This document shows, piece by piece, positions 18,132 through 31,927 of a DNA stretch of 64,000 nucleotides. Below the pieces are notes generated by a model. It ran no database searches, was not told where the DNA came from, and saw only the letters and a program-made list of their open reading frames with translations. This DNA comes from an uncultured Alphaproteobacteria bacterium (lineage in GTDB: Bacteria > Pseudomonadota > Alphaproteobacteria > CAAGCB01 > CAG-977): positions 284,133-348,132 of the forward strand of contig CALDOX010000015.1 in the NCBI GenBank assembly GCA_937912005.1, written 5' to 3'. The translations under genes and the position numbers were made by a program. How positions within the stretch are numbered: the stretch's first letter is position 1; each line of letters opens with the position of its first letter.

Positions 18132-20051
18132 ATGGTTTCAATCAGACTTCCTGACAGCTCAGAGCTGTCCTTTGACAAACCGGTCAGCGGCGCGGACATT
18201 GCCGCCAAGATTGGTGCGGGATTGGCGAAAGCCGCGTTGGCAATTAAAGTAAACGGCAAATTGCAGGATCTGGCGACACCTATCACACAGGATGCGGCAA
18301 TTGACATTATTACTGCCAAATCTCCCGAAGGATTGGATATTATCCGTCATACATGTTCTCATGTTATGGCAGAGGCGGTTCAGGAATTATATCCTGAAAC
18401 GCAGGTGACCATCGGCCCCGCGATCGAAAACGGTTTTTATTACGACTTTGCCCGAAAAACGCCGTTTACGCCGACCGATCTGGAAGCGATTGAAAAGAAA
18501 ATGGCCGAAATCATCGACCGTGACGAAACGATCGTCCGCGAAGAAAAACAGCGTGACGAAGCGATCAAATTCTTTAAAGACAAAGGCGAAAAGTATAAGG
18601 TGGAGTTGATTGAAGACCTGCCTGCCGATGCCGTGATCAGTTTTTACCGGCAGGGAGATTTTATCGATTTGTGCCGCGGGCCTCATCTGCCTTCGACCGG
18701 CAAAGTCGGCAAAGCCTTCAAATTGATGAAAGTCGCGGGCGCTTACTGGCGCGGCGATTCTTCGCGCGAGCAGCTGCAGCGCATTTACGGAACGGCTTGG
18801 GCGGATAAGAAAGCTTTGGACGCTTATCTGCTTCAGCTGGAAGAAGCCGAAAAGCGCGACCATCGCAAGCTGGGCCGGGAAATGGATTTATTCCATTTTG
18901 AAGAAGTCGCTCCCGGCGACGTTTTCTGGCACCCGCACGGTTGGACACTGTTCCAGACGCTGATTGATTACGAACGCAAACGGCAAACCAACGCCGGATA
19001 TGTCGAGATTAACACGCCTCAAATTATGGATCGCGTTTTGTGGGAAACCTCGGGACACTGGGACTGGTATCGCGAAAACATGTTTACGACGACGATTGAA
19101 GACCGCGTTTACTGCGTGAAACCGATGAACTGCCCCGGCGGCATTCTGGTGTTCAAGCAGGGCATCAAATCCTACCGTGATCTGCCGCAGTACATCGCCG
19201 AATTCGGCCGCGTCCACCGTTACGAGGCTTCCGGAGCGATTCACGGACTGTTCCGCGTCCGCGCGTTCACGCAGGACGATGCACATATTTTCTGTACACC
19301 CGAACAGTTGGAAGAAGAATGCCAGAAAGTCGTTCGCCTGATGCTGAGCATTTATGAAGCGTTCGATTTGAAAGATGTCAATATCAAACTGTCCACCCGT
19401 CCGGCGGAACGCATCGGTTCGGACGAGCTGTGGGATCACACGGAAAACGCTTTGGCGCAGGCGTTGACCGATATGGGGTATAAGTACACGCTGAACCCCG
19501 GCGACGGCGCGTTCTACGGTCCGAAACTGGACTTCAAAGTCAAAGACGCGATCGGCCGCGAATGGCAGCTGGGAACACTGCAGGTCGATATGAACCTGCC
19601 GGAACGCTTTGACGTTTCGTATATCGGCGAAGACGGCGAAAAGCATCGTCCGATTATGCTGCACCGTGCTTTATTCGGTTCTTTGGAACGGTTCACCGGC
19701 ATTATGATTGAAAATTTTGCGGGCAAATTCCCGTTCTGGCTGGCGCCGGTTCAAGCCGTCGTCGCGACGATCACGGATGAAGGCAACGCGTACGCCGAAG
19801 AAGTCCTTAAAGCTTTGAAAAAAGCCGGAATCCGTTCGGAATTGGATACCCGCAACGAAAAGATCAACTATAAAATCCGCGAACATTCTTTGAAAAAAGT
19901 TCCCGTTATGTTGGTCATCGGCAAAAAGGAAGCGGCCGAACGCACACTGACGATCAGACGTTTGGGACAAGAAAAACAAGAAACGCTTGCACTTGACGAT
20001 GTAATTGCTAAACTGGTCAAAGAAGCGGCTTTACCGCATATTGACGAATAA
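18132..20051 (+). CDS. thrS: threonine--tRNA ligase
   Basis: TGS domain, second additional domain, class II core ('HRALFGSLERF') and anticodon-binding domain. Confidence 0.97.
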   Translation: MVSIRLPDSSELSFDKPVSGADIAAKIGAGLAKAALAIKVNGKLQDLATPITQDAAIDIITAKSPEGLDIIRHTCSHVMAEAVQELYPETQVTIGPAIENGFYYDFARKTPFTPTDLEAIEKKMAEIIDRDETIVREEKQRDEAIKFFKDKGEKYKVELIEDLPADAVISFYRQGDFIDLCRGPHLPSTGKVGKAFKLMKVAGAYWRGDSSREQLQRIYGTAWADKKALDAYLLQLEEAEKRDHRKLGREMDLFHFEEVAPGDVFWHPHGWTLFQTLIDYERKRQTNAGYVEINTPQIMDRVLWETSGHWDWYRENMFTTTIEDRVYCVKPMNCPGGILVFKQGIKSYRDLPQYIAEFGRVHRYEASGAIHGLFRVRAFTQDDAHIFCTPEQLEEECQKVVRLMLSIYEAFDLKDVNIKLSTRPAERIGSDELWDHTENALAQALTDMGYKYTLNPGDGAFYGPKLDFKVKDAIGREWQLGTLQVDMNLPERFDVSYIGEDGEKHRPIMLHRALFGSLERFTGIMIENFAGKFPFWLAPVQAVVATITDEGNAYAEEVLKALKKAGIRSELDTRNEKINYKIREHSLKKVPVMLVIGKKEAAERTLTIRRLGQEKQETLALDDVIAKLVKEAALPHIDE

Positions 20052-20073
20052 CTTTAATTGATGGAGGCTTTAT

Positions 20074-20610
20074 ATAACTACCGATACGACACAGGCATCG
20101 CCCACCCGTGAGGGGCCGCGCGCCAACACAGACATTACGGCAAAAGAAATTCGGCTGATTGATGCTGACGGTGAAAACGTCGGCGTGGTTTCTTTAAAGG
20201 AAGCTTTAAAGAAAGCTGATGAGGCCGGATTAGATTTGATTGAAATTTCACCGAATGCCAATCCCCCCGTATGCAAGATTTTAGATTTAGGCAAATACCG
20301 CTACGAACAGCAAAAAAGAAAAGCGGAAGCCAAGAAAAATCAAAAAGTTGTTGAAATCAAGGAAATCAAACTGAGTCCTAATATTGACACACACGATTAT
20401 GAAGTCAAATTGCGCAGCGCTCAGCGGTTTATTTCCGACGGGAATAAAGTTAAATTTACTTTGCGTTTCCGCGGCCGTGAAATGGCTTATATAGAACAAG
20501 GTGAAGAGGTTATGGCGCGTATTGTCGAGGATTCGGATTTATACGCCAAAATCGAACAGCCGGCCAAACTGGAAGGCAAACAGATCACAATGGTGATCGT
20601 TCCGAAATAA
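20074..20610 (+). CDS. infC: translation initiation factor IF-3, inferred non-AUG (ATA) start
   Basis: The reading frame opens after TGA at 20059-20061. IF-3 N-domain residues ('[22 protein letters not shown]') lie upstream of the first ATG (20185). A GGAGG SD at 20063-20067 is followed by an in-frame ATA at 20074. Confidence 0.85.
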   Translation: MTTDTTQASPTREGPRANTDITAKEIRLIDADGENVGVVSLKEALKKADEAGLDLIEISPNANPPVCKILDLGKYRYEQQKRKAEAKKNQKVVEIKEIKLSPNIDTHDYEVKLRSAQRFISDGNKVKFTLRFRGREMAYIEQGEEVMARIVEDSDLYAKIEQPAKLEGKQITMVIVPK

Positions 20611-20625
20611 TAAAGACTTTTTAAA

Positions 20626-20661
20626 ACAAAAAAACTCCTGCCGAATGACAGGAGTTTTTTT
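20626..20661. terminator. bidirectional rho-independent terminator (infC / hydG convergent)
   Basis: ACTCCTG (20634-20640) / CAGGAGT (20649-20655) stem, flanked by an A-run and a T-run. Confidence 0.8.
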
Positions 20662-20690
20662 GTGCGGCCGGTTCTCCGAACAAGCAACGG

Positions 20691-22106
20691 TTAAAATCTG
20701 AAATCCCGCTCGCCCTGCGCGATGTGTTCCAAATGGTCTTCGCAAACGGTACGGACTTTCGGATTTGTGATGTTGTTCAATTCGCGTTGAATCAGCTCGT
20801 ATCCGACTTTCTTCGTTTCCGGCGACGCATAATCTTCCAAATATTCTTTCAGCGTCATCAAAGCATTCGGATGACAGCAGTTCAGAATCTGCTTCGATTT
20901 GCACAAATCCATAAACCGGTCGCCCGTGCGTCCGGCGCGGTAACATGCCGTGCAGAAGCTCGGAATATAATTCATATCCATCAGCCATTTGATCACTTCG
21001 TCCAACGTGCGTGTATCCGCGCGGTCGAATTGCGCCGTTTCCGTTTCGCGCACAACATACCCCCCGACAGAGGTTGAAGACGCTCCGCTGATCTGCGAAA
21101 TACCCAGATGCAAAGCGCGTTCGCGCATTTTCTGGCTTTCGCGCGTGGAAATGATCATGCCCGTATATGGCGTTGACACGCGGATGCAGGCGATGATTTT
21201 GGCAAAAATATCGTCCGGCAAAGCGTCTTTAAACGAATTGGGATCGATATCGTCCGCCGGACAAATTCGCGGCACGGAAATCGTATGCGGGCCGACGCCG
21301 TGTACCGCTTCCAGATGTTCGGCGTGCATCAGCAGACCGGCAAATTCATAGGCGTAATTTTCCAATCCGTATAATACGCCCAGCCCCACATCGTCAATGC
21401 CGCCTTCCATCGCGCGGTCCATCGCTTCGGTGTGATAGGCGTAATCGTGCTTCGGGCCTGTCGGGTGCAGACGTTCATAAGATTCTTTGTTATACGTTTC
21501 CTGAAACAGAATGTATGTGCCGATTCCGGCTTCCTGCAATTTGCGGTAATTTTCGACCGTTGTTGCCGCGATATTGACATTGACGCGGCGAATCGCGCCG
21601 TTTTTGTGTTTGATCGAATAGATCGTTTTGATGCTTTCCAAGATGTATTCGATCGGATTGTTGACGGGGTCTTCACCGGCTTCCAGAGCCAGACGCTTAT
21701 GCCCCATATCCTGCAAAGCGATGACTTCGGCTCTGATCTGTTCCTGCGTCAGTTTTTTACGGGGAATATGTTTGTTTTTCAGATGGTACGGACAATAAAC
21801 ACATCCGTTGATGCAGTAGTTCGACAGATACAGCGGCGCGAACAACACGATGCGGTTGCCGTAAAAGTCTTTTTTCAGCTGTTCGGCCAATTTAAAAATT
21901 TGTTCGTTTCTGTCCGAAAGGTCGCATGCGAGCAAAACGGACGCTTCACGGTGATCAAGCCCTTTCCAGAGCTTGGCTTTTTCAATGATTTTATCGATCA
22001 GTTCCGCGTTGGATTTATTCGCCTGCGCGTATGCAATCGTTTCCATGATTTCGTCATGAGAGATAAATTCTTCAGCCTTTAAAGATTTGGGATCATACAT
22101 AATCAT
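20691..22106 (-). CDS. hydG: [FeFe]-hydrogenase maturase HydG (radical SAM tyrosine lyase)
   Basis: Radical SAM 'CINGCVYC' and the C-terminal accessory cluster 'CTACYRAGRTGDRFMDLC'. The 471-aa length fits HydG rather than ThiH. Confidence 0.85.
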   Translation of the reverse strand: MIMYDPKSLKAEEFISHDEIMETIAYAQANKSNAELIDKIIEKAKLWKGLDHREASVLLACDLSDRNEQIFKLAEQLKKDFYGNRIVLFAPLYLSNYCINGCVYCPYHLKNKHIPRKKLTQEQIRAEVIALQDMGHKRLALEAGEDPVNNPIEYILESIKTIYSIKHKNGAIRRVNVNIAATTVENYRKLQEAGIGTYILFQETYNKESYERLHPTGPKHDYAYHTEAMDRAMEGGIDDVGLGVLYGLENYAYEFAGLLMHAEHLEAVHGVGPHTISVPRICPADDIDPNSFKDALPDDIFAKIIACIRVSTPYTGMIISTRESQKMRERALHLGISQISGASSTSVGGYVVRETETAQFDRADTRTLDEVIKWLMDMNYIPSFCTACYRAGRTGDRFMDLCKSKQILNCCHPNALMTLKEYLEDYASPETKKVGYELIQRELNNITNPKVRTVCEDHLEHIAQGERDFRF

Positions 22107-22144
22107 TCTCCTTTTGAGTCAGAAGTTCTCTTTCCCGTCAGTTG

Positions 22145-22387
22145 TTATTTCGAATAGATCGTTTTTGTTGAAACGCCTTCCAGCTTGCCGAGTTTTCCCG
22201 ACAGCGCGTTGATCGTATCCTGCGGCGCATCCAAAGCGACGCTGATGATACTGATTTCCTTTTTATGATAAGGCAGCCCCATACGCCCGATAATATACGC
22301 GCTGTACTCATGCAGCAGCGTGTTCAATTTCATTACGGAATCGGGATTTTCAACGACAATGCCGATCAGAGCGACTTTTGTTTCCAT
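22145..22387 (-). CDS. TM1266-family small ACT/NikR-C-like protein (iron-only hydrogenase system regulator family)
   Basis: 80 aa with 'IGIVVENPDSV..LNTLLHEYSAYIIGRMGLPY'. Immediately upstream of hydG. Confidence 0.6.
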   Translation of the reverse strand: METKVALIGIVVENPDSVMKLNTLLHEYSAYIIGRMGLPYHKKEISIISVALDAPQDTINALSGKLGKLEGVSTKTIYSK

Positions 22388-22538
22388 TTCAATTTCCTTT
22401 CTTTTGCCTCAGGACTCCTTCGGCGTCAGAAGACATTTGCAATATAATGAAATTCAATTTCTTTTTCAACCGTCTTGAACTATCGGAACAGTCGGAGTAA
22501 AACTATTGATCATATTTTTTAACTGTTGGGAAAAAATA

Positions 22539-23402
22539 ATGTCTTTGAAAAAATCTTTTCTTTCTCTCAGCGCGCTGTTGATTTGTTTTCAGGCGCAGGC
22601 GCAGGAAACGGCCGCTTCCGCTCCCACTTTAAAGGCGAATTTCCGGCGCGTCGGACTGGAATTGTCTTCAACAACCATTACGCATTCCAGAGAATACCAG
22701 AACTCGCCCGTAACCGCATTAAGTTCAGACAGTCAGACTGTTGTTAAAGGCGTTTTCGACTTTATGCTGGAATATAATCGGGAAAACATGCAGTGGAACA
22801 ACGGCATTTACGCCGAATACGGCAAGACCAAAGTCAAACCCGTCAACCAGCCGACCGAAACAAATGAAAACGCCGATAAAATTTTGCTTTCTTCGGATTA
22901 TGCACACAAGCTGTACGAATTTAACGGCGTAAAGTTCGGCCCGATGGCTACCGCCGAATATCAAACCGAATTTACGGCAAACGATAATGCTCCCAGAACA
23001 AAAGTCCTGCGCGGCAAAGCCGGCTTAAAGCTGTTTGACGGCGATGTGATCAAAAGTTTATATATCGCAGCCGTCGGCGAATACGATATGACTTATGATC
23101 CGCATGTCAGCAAATCCGCTGCCGAATTCGGATGGCGTTTGGAAGATTCTCCCCGAGACGGCGTCCAATATTCGACAGACGGTTATTTCCGTCGTTATCT
23201 GTCCTACAGCCACTATATCGGAACGGATCTGATTTATGACTTGAACGCAACGGCACGCATGGACGTTCAACTGAACGCAACTTTGACGTTCGGCCCCTAT
23301 ATGTCCTACCGTTATGCCCGTTCGCGCGAAGCTCACGTTTCCGGATCAAACTTTACAATCGGCGTCGCCTTTACCTATAAAGACCTGTTTAATTTGATGT
23401 AA
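22539..23402 (+). CDS. predicted outer-membrane beta-barrel protein
   Basis: Signal peptide 'MSLKKSFLSLSALLICFQAQA' from ATG 22539. Alternating aromatic/polar strand pattern. Confidence 0.4.
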   Translation: MSLKKSFLSLSALLICFQAQAQETAASAPTLKANFRRVGLELSSTTITHSREYQNSPVTALSSDSQTVVKGVFDFMLEYNRENMQWNNGIYAEYGKTKVKPVNQPTETNENADKILLSSDYAHKLYEFNGVKFGPMATAEYQTEFTANDNAPRTKVLRGKAGLKLFDGDVIKSLYIAAVGEYDMTYDPHVSKSAAEFGWRLEDSPRDGVQYSTDGYFRRYLSYSHYIGTDLIYDLNATARMDVQLNATLTFGPYMSYRYARSREAHVSGSNFTIGVAFTYKDLFNLM

Positions 23403-23412
23403 GGATAACACT

Positions 23413-23910
23413 ATGATTAAAAACATTTTTTCCGAATTTAAAAAATTCGCTATGCGCGGCAACGTCATGGACATGGCTGTCGGTATCATCATCGGCGCCG
23501 CGTTTACGAAAATCGTCGATTCTTTGGTCAAAGACATTTTAATGCCGCCTTTGGGCCTTTTGATGGGCAAGATCGATTTTGCCAACCTGTTTTTCGTTTT
23601 AAAAGACGGCTCGCCCGCCGCTCCGTACGCTTCGATTGACGCGGCCAAAGCAGCCGGCGCCGTCACATTGAACATCGGTTTTTTCATCAACGCGATCATC
23701 AGCTTTGTCATCGTCGCTTTCGCCGTGTTCATTCTGATTAAAATCATGAACACTTTGCAGGAAAAACTGGATCGTAAAGAAGCGGACGATGCCGCTGCAG
23801 AAGCCGCCGCGGAACCAACGACAAAAAAGTGCCCGTACTGCGACTCCGAAATCTCCGTCAAAGCGACGAAGTGCCCGCACTGCACTTCCGATTTGGAAGA
23901 TCATAAATAA
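23413..23910 (+). CDS. mscL: large-conductance mechanosensitive channel with C-terminal zinc-ribbon extension
   Basis: 'FKKFAMRGNVMDMAVGIIIGAAF' is the MscL signature. The C-terminus is 'KKCPYCDSEISVKATKCPHCTS'. Confidence 0.9.
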   Translation: MIKNIFSEFKKFAMRGNVMDMAVGIIIGAAFTKIVDSLVKDILMPPLGLLMGKIDFANLFFVLKDGSPAAPYASIDAAKAAGAVTLNIGFFINAIISFVIVAFAVFILIKIMNTLQEKLDRKEADDAAAEAAAEPTTKKCPYCDSEISVKATKCPHCTSDLEDHK

Positions 23911-23913
23911 AAT

Positions 23914-25542
23914 ATGATCCGCGTTTCCAACGTCAAATTCAGACCGAAAGCCGTACCCGACGACTTGCAGGCTTATGTTGCCGAACTGACGGGTTTTGAC
24001 AATATCGTTTTCTTTCGTATTGCCAAAAAATCCGTTGACGCGCGCAAAAAAGAAAACCTGTGCGTCCTGTACTCTTTCGATCTGGCGTTGGACAGCGACG
24101 AAGAAGAAGCGATTAAAACCTGCCCCTATCGGGATATTTGCCGACTGACTGACGAAGAACGCTTCCCCGAACCGGTTTGGAATCCTAAAAATTCTTTGCG
24201 CCCCGTTATCGTTGGGACAGGGCCTGCCGGAATGATGGCCGGACTTTTGCTGGCCGAAGCAGGCGCAAATCCGATTTTGATCGAACGGGGAAAAACCGTA
24301 TCCAAACGACGTAAAGATGTGAACCGTTTCTGGAAAATCGGCGAGTTGAATGAAAATTCAAACGTGCAGTTCGGCGAAGGCGGCGCGGGAACTTTTTCGG
24401 ACGGCAAGCTGACGACCGGCATCAAAAAGGACGCTTTCACCCGCAAAGTGCTGGAAGAATTTATTGCCGCAGGCGCGCCTGCGGAAATCATGTATCTGGC
24501 AAAGCCTCATATCGGTACGGATAAACTGTCCTATATGGTGGGCAATATCCGTCGTAAAATCATGGCTCTGGGCGGGGAATACCGATTTGAAACACAGCTG
24601 ACGGATTTGATTGTTAAAGACGGCCGTTTAATTGCCGTTCAAGTTAAAAATCCGGACGGTTCTTTTGAAGAAATACCGACAAACAGCGTTATTTTAGGCA
24701 TCGGCCACAGCGCGCGCGACACGTTTGAAATGCTGTATGAAAAAGGTGTGCAGATGATTCAAAAGCCGTTTGCGATCGGCACGCGTATTGAACACCCGCA
24801 AAAATTCATCAACAAAAGCCAATACGGTATGGTTAAGCCCCGTGCCGTCCTCGGACAGGCCGACTATAAACTGGCCGTTCATTTAAGCAACGGCCGCGGA
24901 CTTTACACGTTTTGCATGTGTCCTGGGGGAGTCGTCGTTGCGGCGGCTTCCGAAGCCGGAAGACTGGTCACGAACGGTATGAGCGAATACGCCCGTGACA
25001 AAGATAATGCCAACAGCGCACTGCTGGTTGATGTCAAGCCGGAAGATTTCGGCTCCGATCACCCTCTGGCAGGCGTCGAATTTCAACGCAAAATCGAGGA
25101 AAACGCTTTCAAAGCCGGCGGCGGATTGTTTCGCGCCCCCGTTCAGCGGGTGATTGATTTCCTGCACGACAAGGAAACCGTCAAATTCGGCGAGGTTGTC
25201 CCCTCCTATCGACCGGGCGTTCAAATGGCGGATATGCGCGCCGTTCTGCCCGATTTTGTCATTGAGTCTTATAAGGAAGGCTTTAAAAAGCTTGACCGGA
25301 AAATTCGCCTGTTTTCAGCGCACGACGCTTTATTGACCGCAGCGGAAACCAGAACGTCATCGCCCGTGCGCATGCTGCGCGATTCCGCAACGCTTCAAAG
25401 CGTTTCCGTCGCCGGGCTTTATCCCTGCGGCGAAGGCGCAGGATATGCCGGCGGCATTATGTCCGCCGCCGTTGACGGGCTGCGCTGCGCCGTTAAAATT
25501 TTATGCTCGGAAGATAAAGAGCTTTCCCCCGAACTGCTTTAG
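23914..25542 (+). CDS. FAD-dependent protein (COG2509-like NAD(FAD)-utilising dehydrogenase)
   Basis: 'VIVGTGPAGMMAGLLLAEAG' dinucleotide-binding motif. Length and C-terminal 'YPCGEGAGYAGGI' block. Confidence 0.75.
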   Translation: MIRVSNVKFRPKAVPDDLQAYVAELTGFDNIVFFRIAKKSVDARKKENLCVLYSFDLALDSDEEEAIKTCPYRDICRLTDEERFPEPVWNPKNSLRPVIVGTGPAGMMAGLLLAEAGANPILIERGKTVSKRRKDVNRFWKIGELNENSNVQFGEGGAGTFSDGKLTTGIKKDAFTRKVLEEFIAAGAPAEIMYLAKPHIGTDKLSYMVGNIRRKIMALGGEYRFETQLTDLIVKDGRLIAVQVKNPDGSFEEIPTNSVILGIGHSARDTFEMLYEKGVQMIQKPFAIGTRIEHPQKFINKSQYGMVKPRAVLGQADYKLAVHLSNGRGLYTFCMCPGGVVVAAASEAGRLVTNGMSEYARDKDNANSALLVDVKPEDFGSDHPLAGVEFQRKIEENAFKAGGGLFRAPVQRVIDFLHDKETVKFGEVVPSYRPGVQMADMRAVLPDFVIESYKEGFKKLDRKIRLFSAHDALLTAAETRTSSPVRMLRDSATLQSVSVAGLYPCGEGAGYAGGIMSAAVDGLRCAVKILCSEDKELSPELL

Positions 25543-25580
25543 TTATATGCTGATATTCCGTTAACAAAGGAGCTTTAACA

Positions 25581-26801
25581 ATGAGAGAATTTCAAAAATC
25601 TTCCCGTTTGGATGGCGTTCATTACGAAATTCGCGGACCGGTCTTGAAAGCCGCCAACCAACTGGAGGAAGCCGGCTATAAAATCTTAAAGCTCAATATC
25701 GGCAATCCGGCGGCTTTTGATTTGAATGCGCCCGAGGAAATCATTAAAGACGTGATTTTAAACATTCCTTTCGCCGACGGATATTCCGATTCCAAAGGCA
25801 TCTTTCCCGCCCGCAAAGCCGTGATGCACTACTGCCAGCAAAAACATATCGAAGGCGTTCAAATCAACGACATTTATCTGGGCAACGGCGTGTCGGATCT
25901 GATTCTGCTCAGTATGGAAGCTTTTCTGAACACAGGTGATGAAATTCTGGTTCCGGCACCGGATTATCCGTTGTGGACGGCGGCGATTTGTCTGGCCGGC
26001 GGAAAGCCCGTCCATTACATCTGCGACGAAGAATCTGACTGGTATCCCGACTTAAAAGACATCGAAAGCAAGATTACACCGAAAACAAAAGGCATCGTGA
26101 TTATCAATCCGAACAATCCGACCGGCGCCGTCTATCCGAAAGAGCTGTTGGAAAAAATCGCGGCTTTGGCCGAAAAGCATAAAATAGCCGTTTTCTGTGA
26201 TGAAATTTACGATAAAATTCTTTATGACGGCGTGACGCATACTTCTCTGGCTTCTTTGATCACGGACACATTCTGCATCACCTATAACGGCATTTCCAAA
26301 AACTACCGTTCCTGCGGTTTCCGCGCCGCCTGGATGATTTTGAGCGGCAATAAAAAAATGGCGGAGGACTACATTGACGGCTTGGATTTATTGGCCAATA
26401 TGCGCTTATGCTCCAATGTGCCGGGGCAGTATGCGATTCAAACGGCTTTGGGCGGCTATCAAAGCATCAACGACTTAGTCAAACCGGGGGGCCGGTTGTA
26501 CGAACAACGCACGCTGTGCCACCAACTGTTAAACGATATCCCGGGAATTTCCTGTGTGAAAGCCAAAGGCTCTCTTTACATGTTTCCGAAAATTGACACG
26601 GCAAAATTCAATATTCTTGATGATCAGAAATTCGTTTTGGATTTATTGATGGACAAGCGGATTTTGTTGGTCAACGGAACGGGCTTCAACTGGGAAAAAC
26701 CGGATCATTTCCGCGTCGTTTTTCTGCCCAGAACGGACGATTTGGAAAAAGCGTTGGGACGGCTGAAAGATTTCTTAGCCACCTATCGGCAGGAAAATTA
26801 A
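25581..26801 (+). CDS. alaA: class I/II PLP aminotransferase, AlaA-like
   Basis: 'YEIRGPVLKAANQLEEAGYKILKLNIGNPA' and 'SKNYRSCGFR' (PLP Lys) resemble E. coli AlaA. Confidence 0.8.
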   Translation: MREFQKSSRLDGVHYEIRGPVLKAANQLEEAGYKILKLNIGNPAAFDLNAPEEIIKDVILNIPFADGYSDSKGIFPARKAVMHYCQQKHIEGVQINDIYLGNGVSDLILLSMEAFLNTGDEILVPAPDYPLWTAAICLAGGKPVHYICDEESDWYPDLKDIESKITPKTKGIVIINPNNPTGAVYPKELLEKIAALAEKHKIAVFCDEIYDKILYDGVTHTSLASLITDTFCITYNGISKNYRSCGFRAAWMILSGNKKMAEDYIDGLDLLANMRLCSNVPGQYAIQTALGGYQSINDLVKPGGRLYEQRTLCHQLLNDIPGISCVKAKGSLYMFPKIDTAKFNILDDQKFVLDLLMDKRILLVNGTGFNWEKPDHFRVVFLPRTDDLEKALGRLKDFLATYRQEN

Positions 26802-27190
26802 AGCGCGATATTGACGTTGATTTTTACAGAATAGGCTTCGTTTAATCTGTTTTCGTCGATGTCGTCGTATTGATAGTTGGCAAATGCGCCGACGGCCACT
26901 CGGTCGCTCGTGTTCACGAACCCGCCGCCGGAAAGGTTCTTCGTCTTTTTAAAATCCTTAACAGGATGCCATTTTTCATCATCTTCAGAAGATATTTCTT
27001 CAGCAATGGCAGCGTCTTTTTTTTCATAGGGATTTTCGATCAACGCTTTTTTCGCTTCGCCGAATGTATCGTTTTGAGCTATCCGCAGATAAACGGAATA
27101 ATCCATCGCCAACACAAAAGGCTGTTCTTCGGAGGCATGCGCGGTAAAAGCTGTCAGCATCAATAAAGCGGATAAAACAAACAGCTTCAT
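26798..27190 (-). CDS. small secreted protein, unknown function
   Basis: Clear signal peptide 'MKLFVLSALLMLTAFTAHA'. No family recognised. Confidence 0.4.
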   Translation of the reverse strand: MKLFVLSALLMLTAFTAHASEEQPFVLAMDYSVYLRIAQNDTFGEAKKALIENPYEKKDAAIAEEISSEDDEKWHPVKDFKKTKNLSGGGFVNTSDRVAVGAFANYQYDDIDENRLNEAYSVKINVNIAL

Positions 27191-27262
27191 GGCAACCTCC
27201 TTTTCTCATAACGTGATCCGATATTTTGAAGGTACGCCGATTTTTTCTTAAAATCGAATAAC

Positions 27263-31047
<3,785 letters not shown>

Positions 31048-31051
31048 CGTT

Positions 31052-31846
31052 TTAGTCCTTCTGTTGTATTGCGGCCGGAACATAGGCTTTCATTAAATCA
31101 TACGCCCGCGCATACCAAAAACTCGACGGGTAGTTATACCCTAAAACGGCCGCGCTTTTCTGCGCTTCTTCATCCAAGCCCAAAATCAAATATGTTTCCG
31201 TTAAACGATACAGCGCTTCCTGAACGTGCCGTGTCGTTTGATAATTTTGAACGACATCCGTAAAACGGTTCATCGCCGCAATATGCGCGTTTTGCTTTAA
31301 ATAAAAACGTCCGATATTGACTTTTTTTGCTGCCAAATAGTCTTGTGCCAGCACAATTTTTTGTTCTGCGTCTTTGGCATACGGCGTATCGGGAAAACGC
31401 CGAACGACTTCCGTTAAAGCGTCCAATGCCTTTTGTGTCATTTTTTGATCACGATCTGTATCGGAAATTTGAGCATAATAGCACAGCGCTTTCAGATAAT
31501 AAGCATACGGCGCAAAAGAATTTCCGGGATACAGCTGCAAAAACCGGTCAATGACAATCACCGATTCATCATAATCCCGTCGGACATAATAGGCGAATGC
31601 TTCCATAATCTGCGCGCGCAATGCCCATCGTGAATACGGATAATAACGGTCTATTTCATCAAAAGCTTTTGCCGCATTGGAATATTCCCGTTTTTTCACC
31701 AATAAATCCAACGCGTGATTATACAGCGTTTCCGGCGGCGTGATTTCCGGATCAAAGCCGTTGTTTCCGGCACACGAAGCCAAAAACAATATAATTGCCG
31801 TCCCCGTTAATCCCAAAAATATCTTTGATTTTTTAAAAAAAGTCAT
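31052..31846 (-). CDS. bamD: outer membrane protein assembly factor BamD
   Basis: Lipobox 'LASC' after ATG 31846. TPR-like repeats. Neighbours recN as in many proteobacteria. Confidence 0.8.
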   Translation of the reverse strand: MTFFKKSKIFLGLTGTAIILFLASCAGNNGFDPEITPPETLYNHALDLLVKKREYSNAAKAFDEIDRYYPYSRWALRAQIMEAFAYYVRRDYDESVIVIDRFLQLYPGNSFAPYAYYLKALCYYAQISDTDRDQKMTQKALDALTEVVRRFPDTPYAKDAEQKIVLAQDYLAAKKVNIGRFYLKQNAHIAAMNRFTDVVQNYQTTRHVQEALYRLTETYLILGLDEEAQKSAAVLGYNYPSSFWYARAYDLMKAYVPAAIQQKD

Positions 31847-31927
31847 TTCAAACCGCTCCGCCGCAGACAGATTTCTTTTATAGCTTTTTTTCTTTGGTTC
31901 CGACAAGCGTTTATCACAAAAAATATG

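Noticed and set aside
18888-19664. 258-aa minus-strand ORF, plus similar ones at 18387-18863 and 19671-19979
   Set aside because: They are antisense shadows inside thrS, whose identity is unambiguous.
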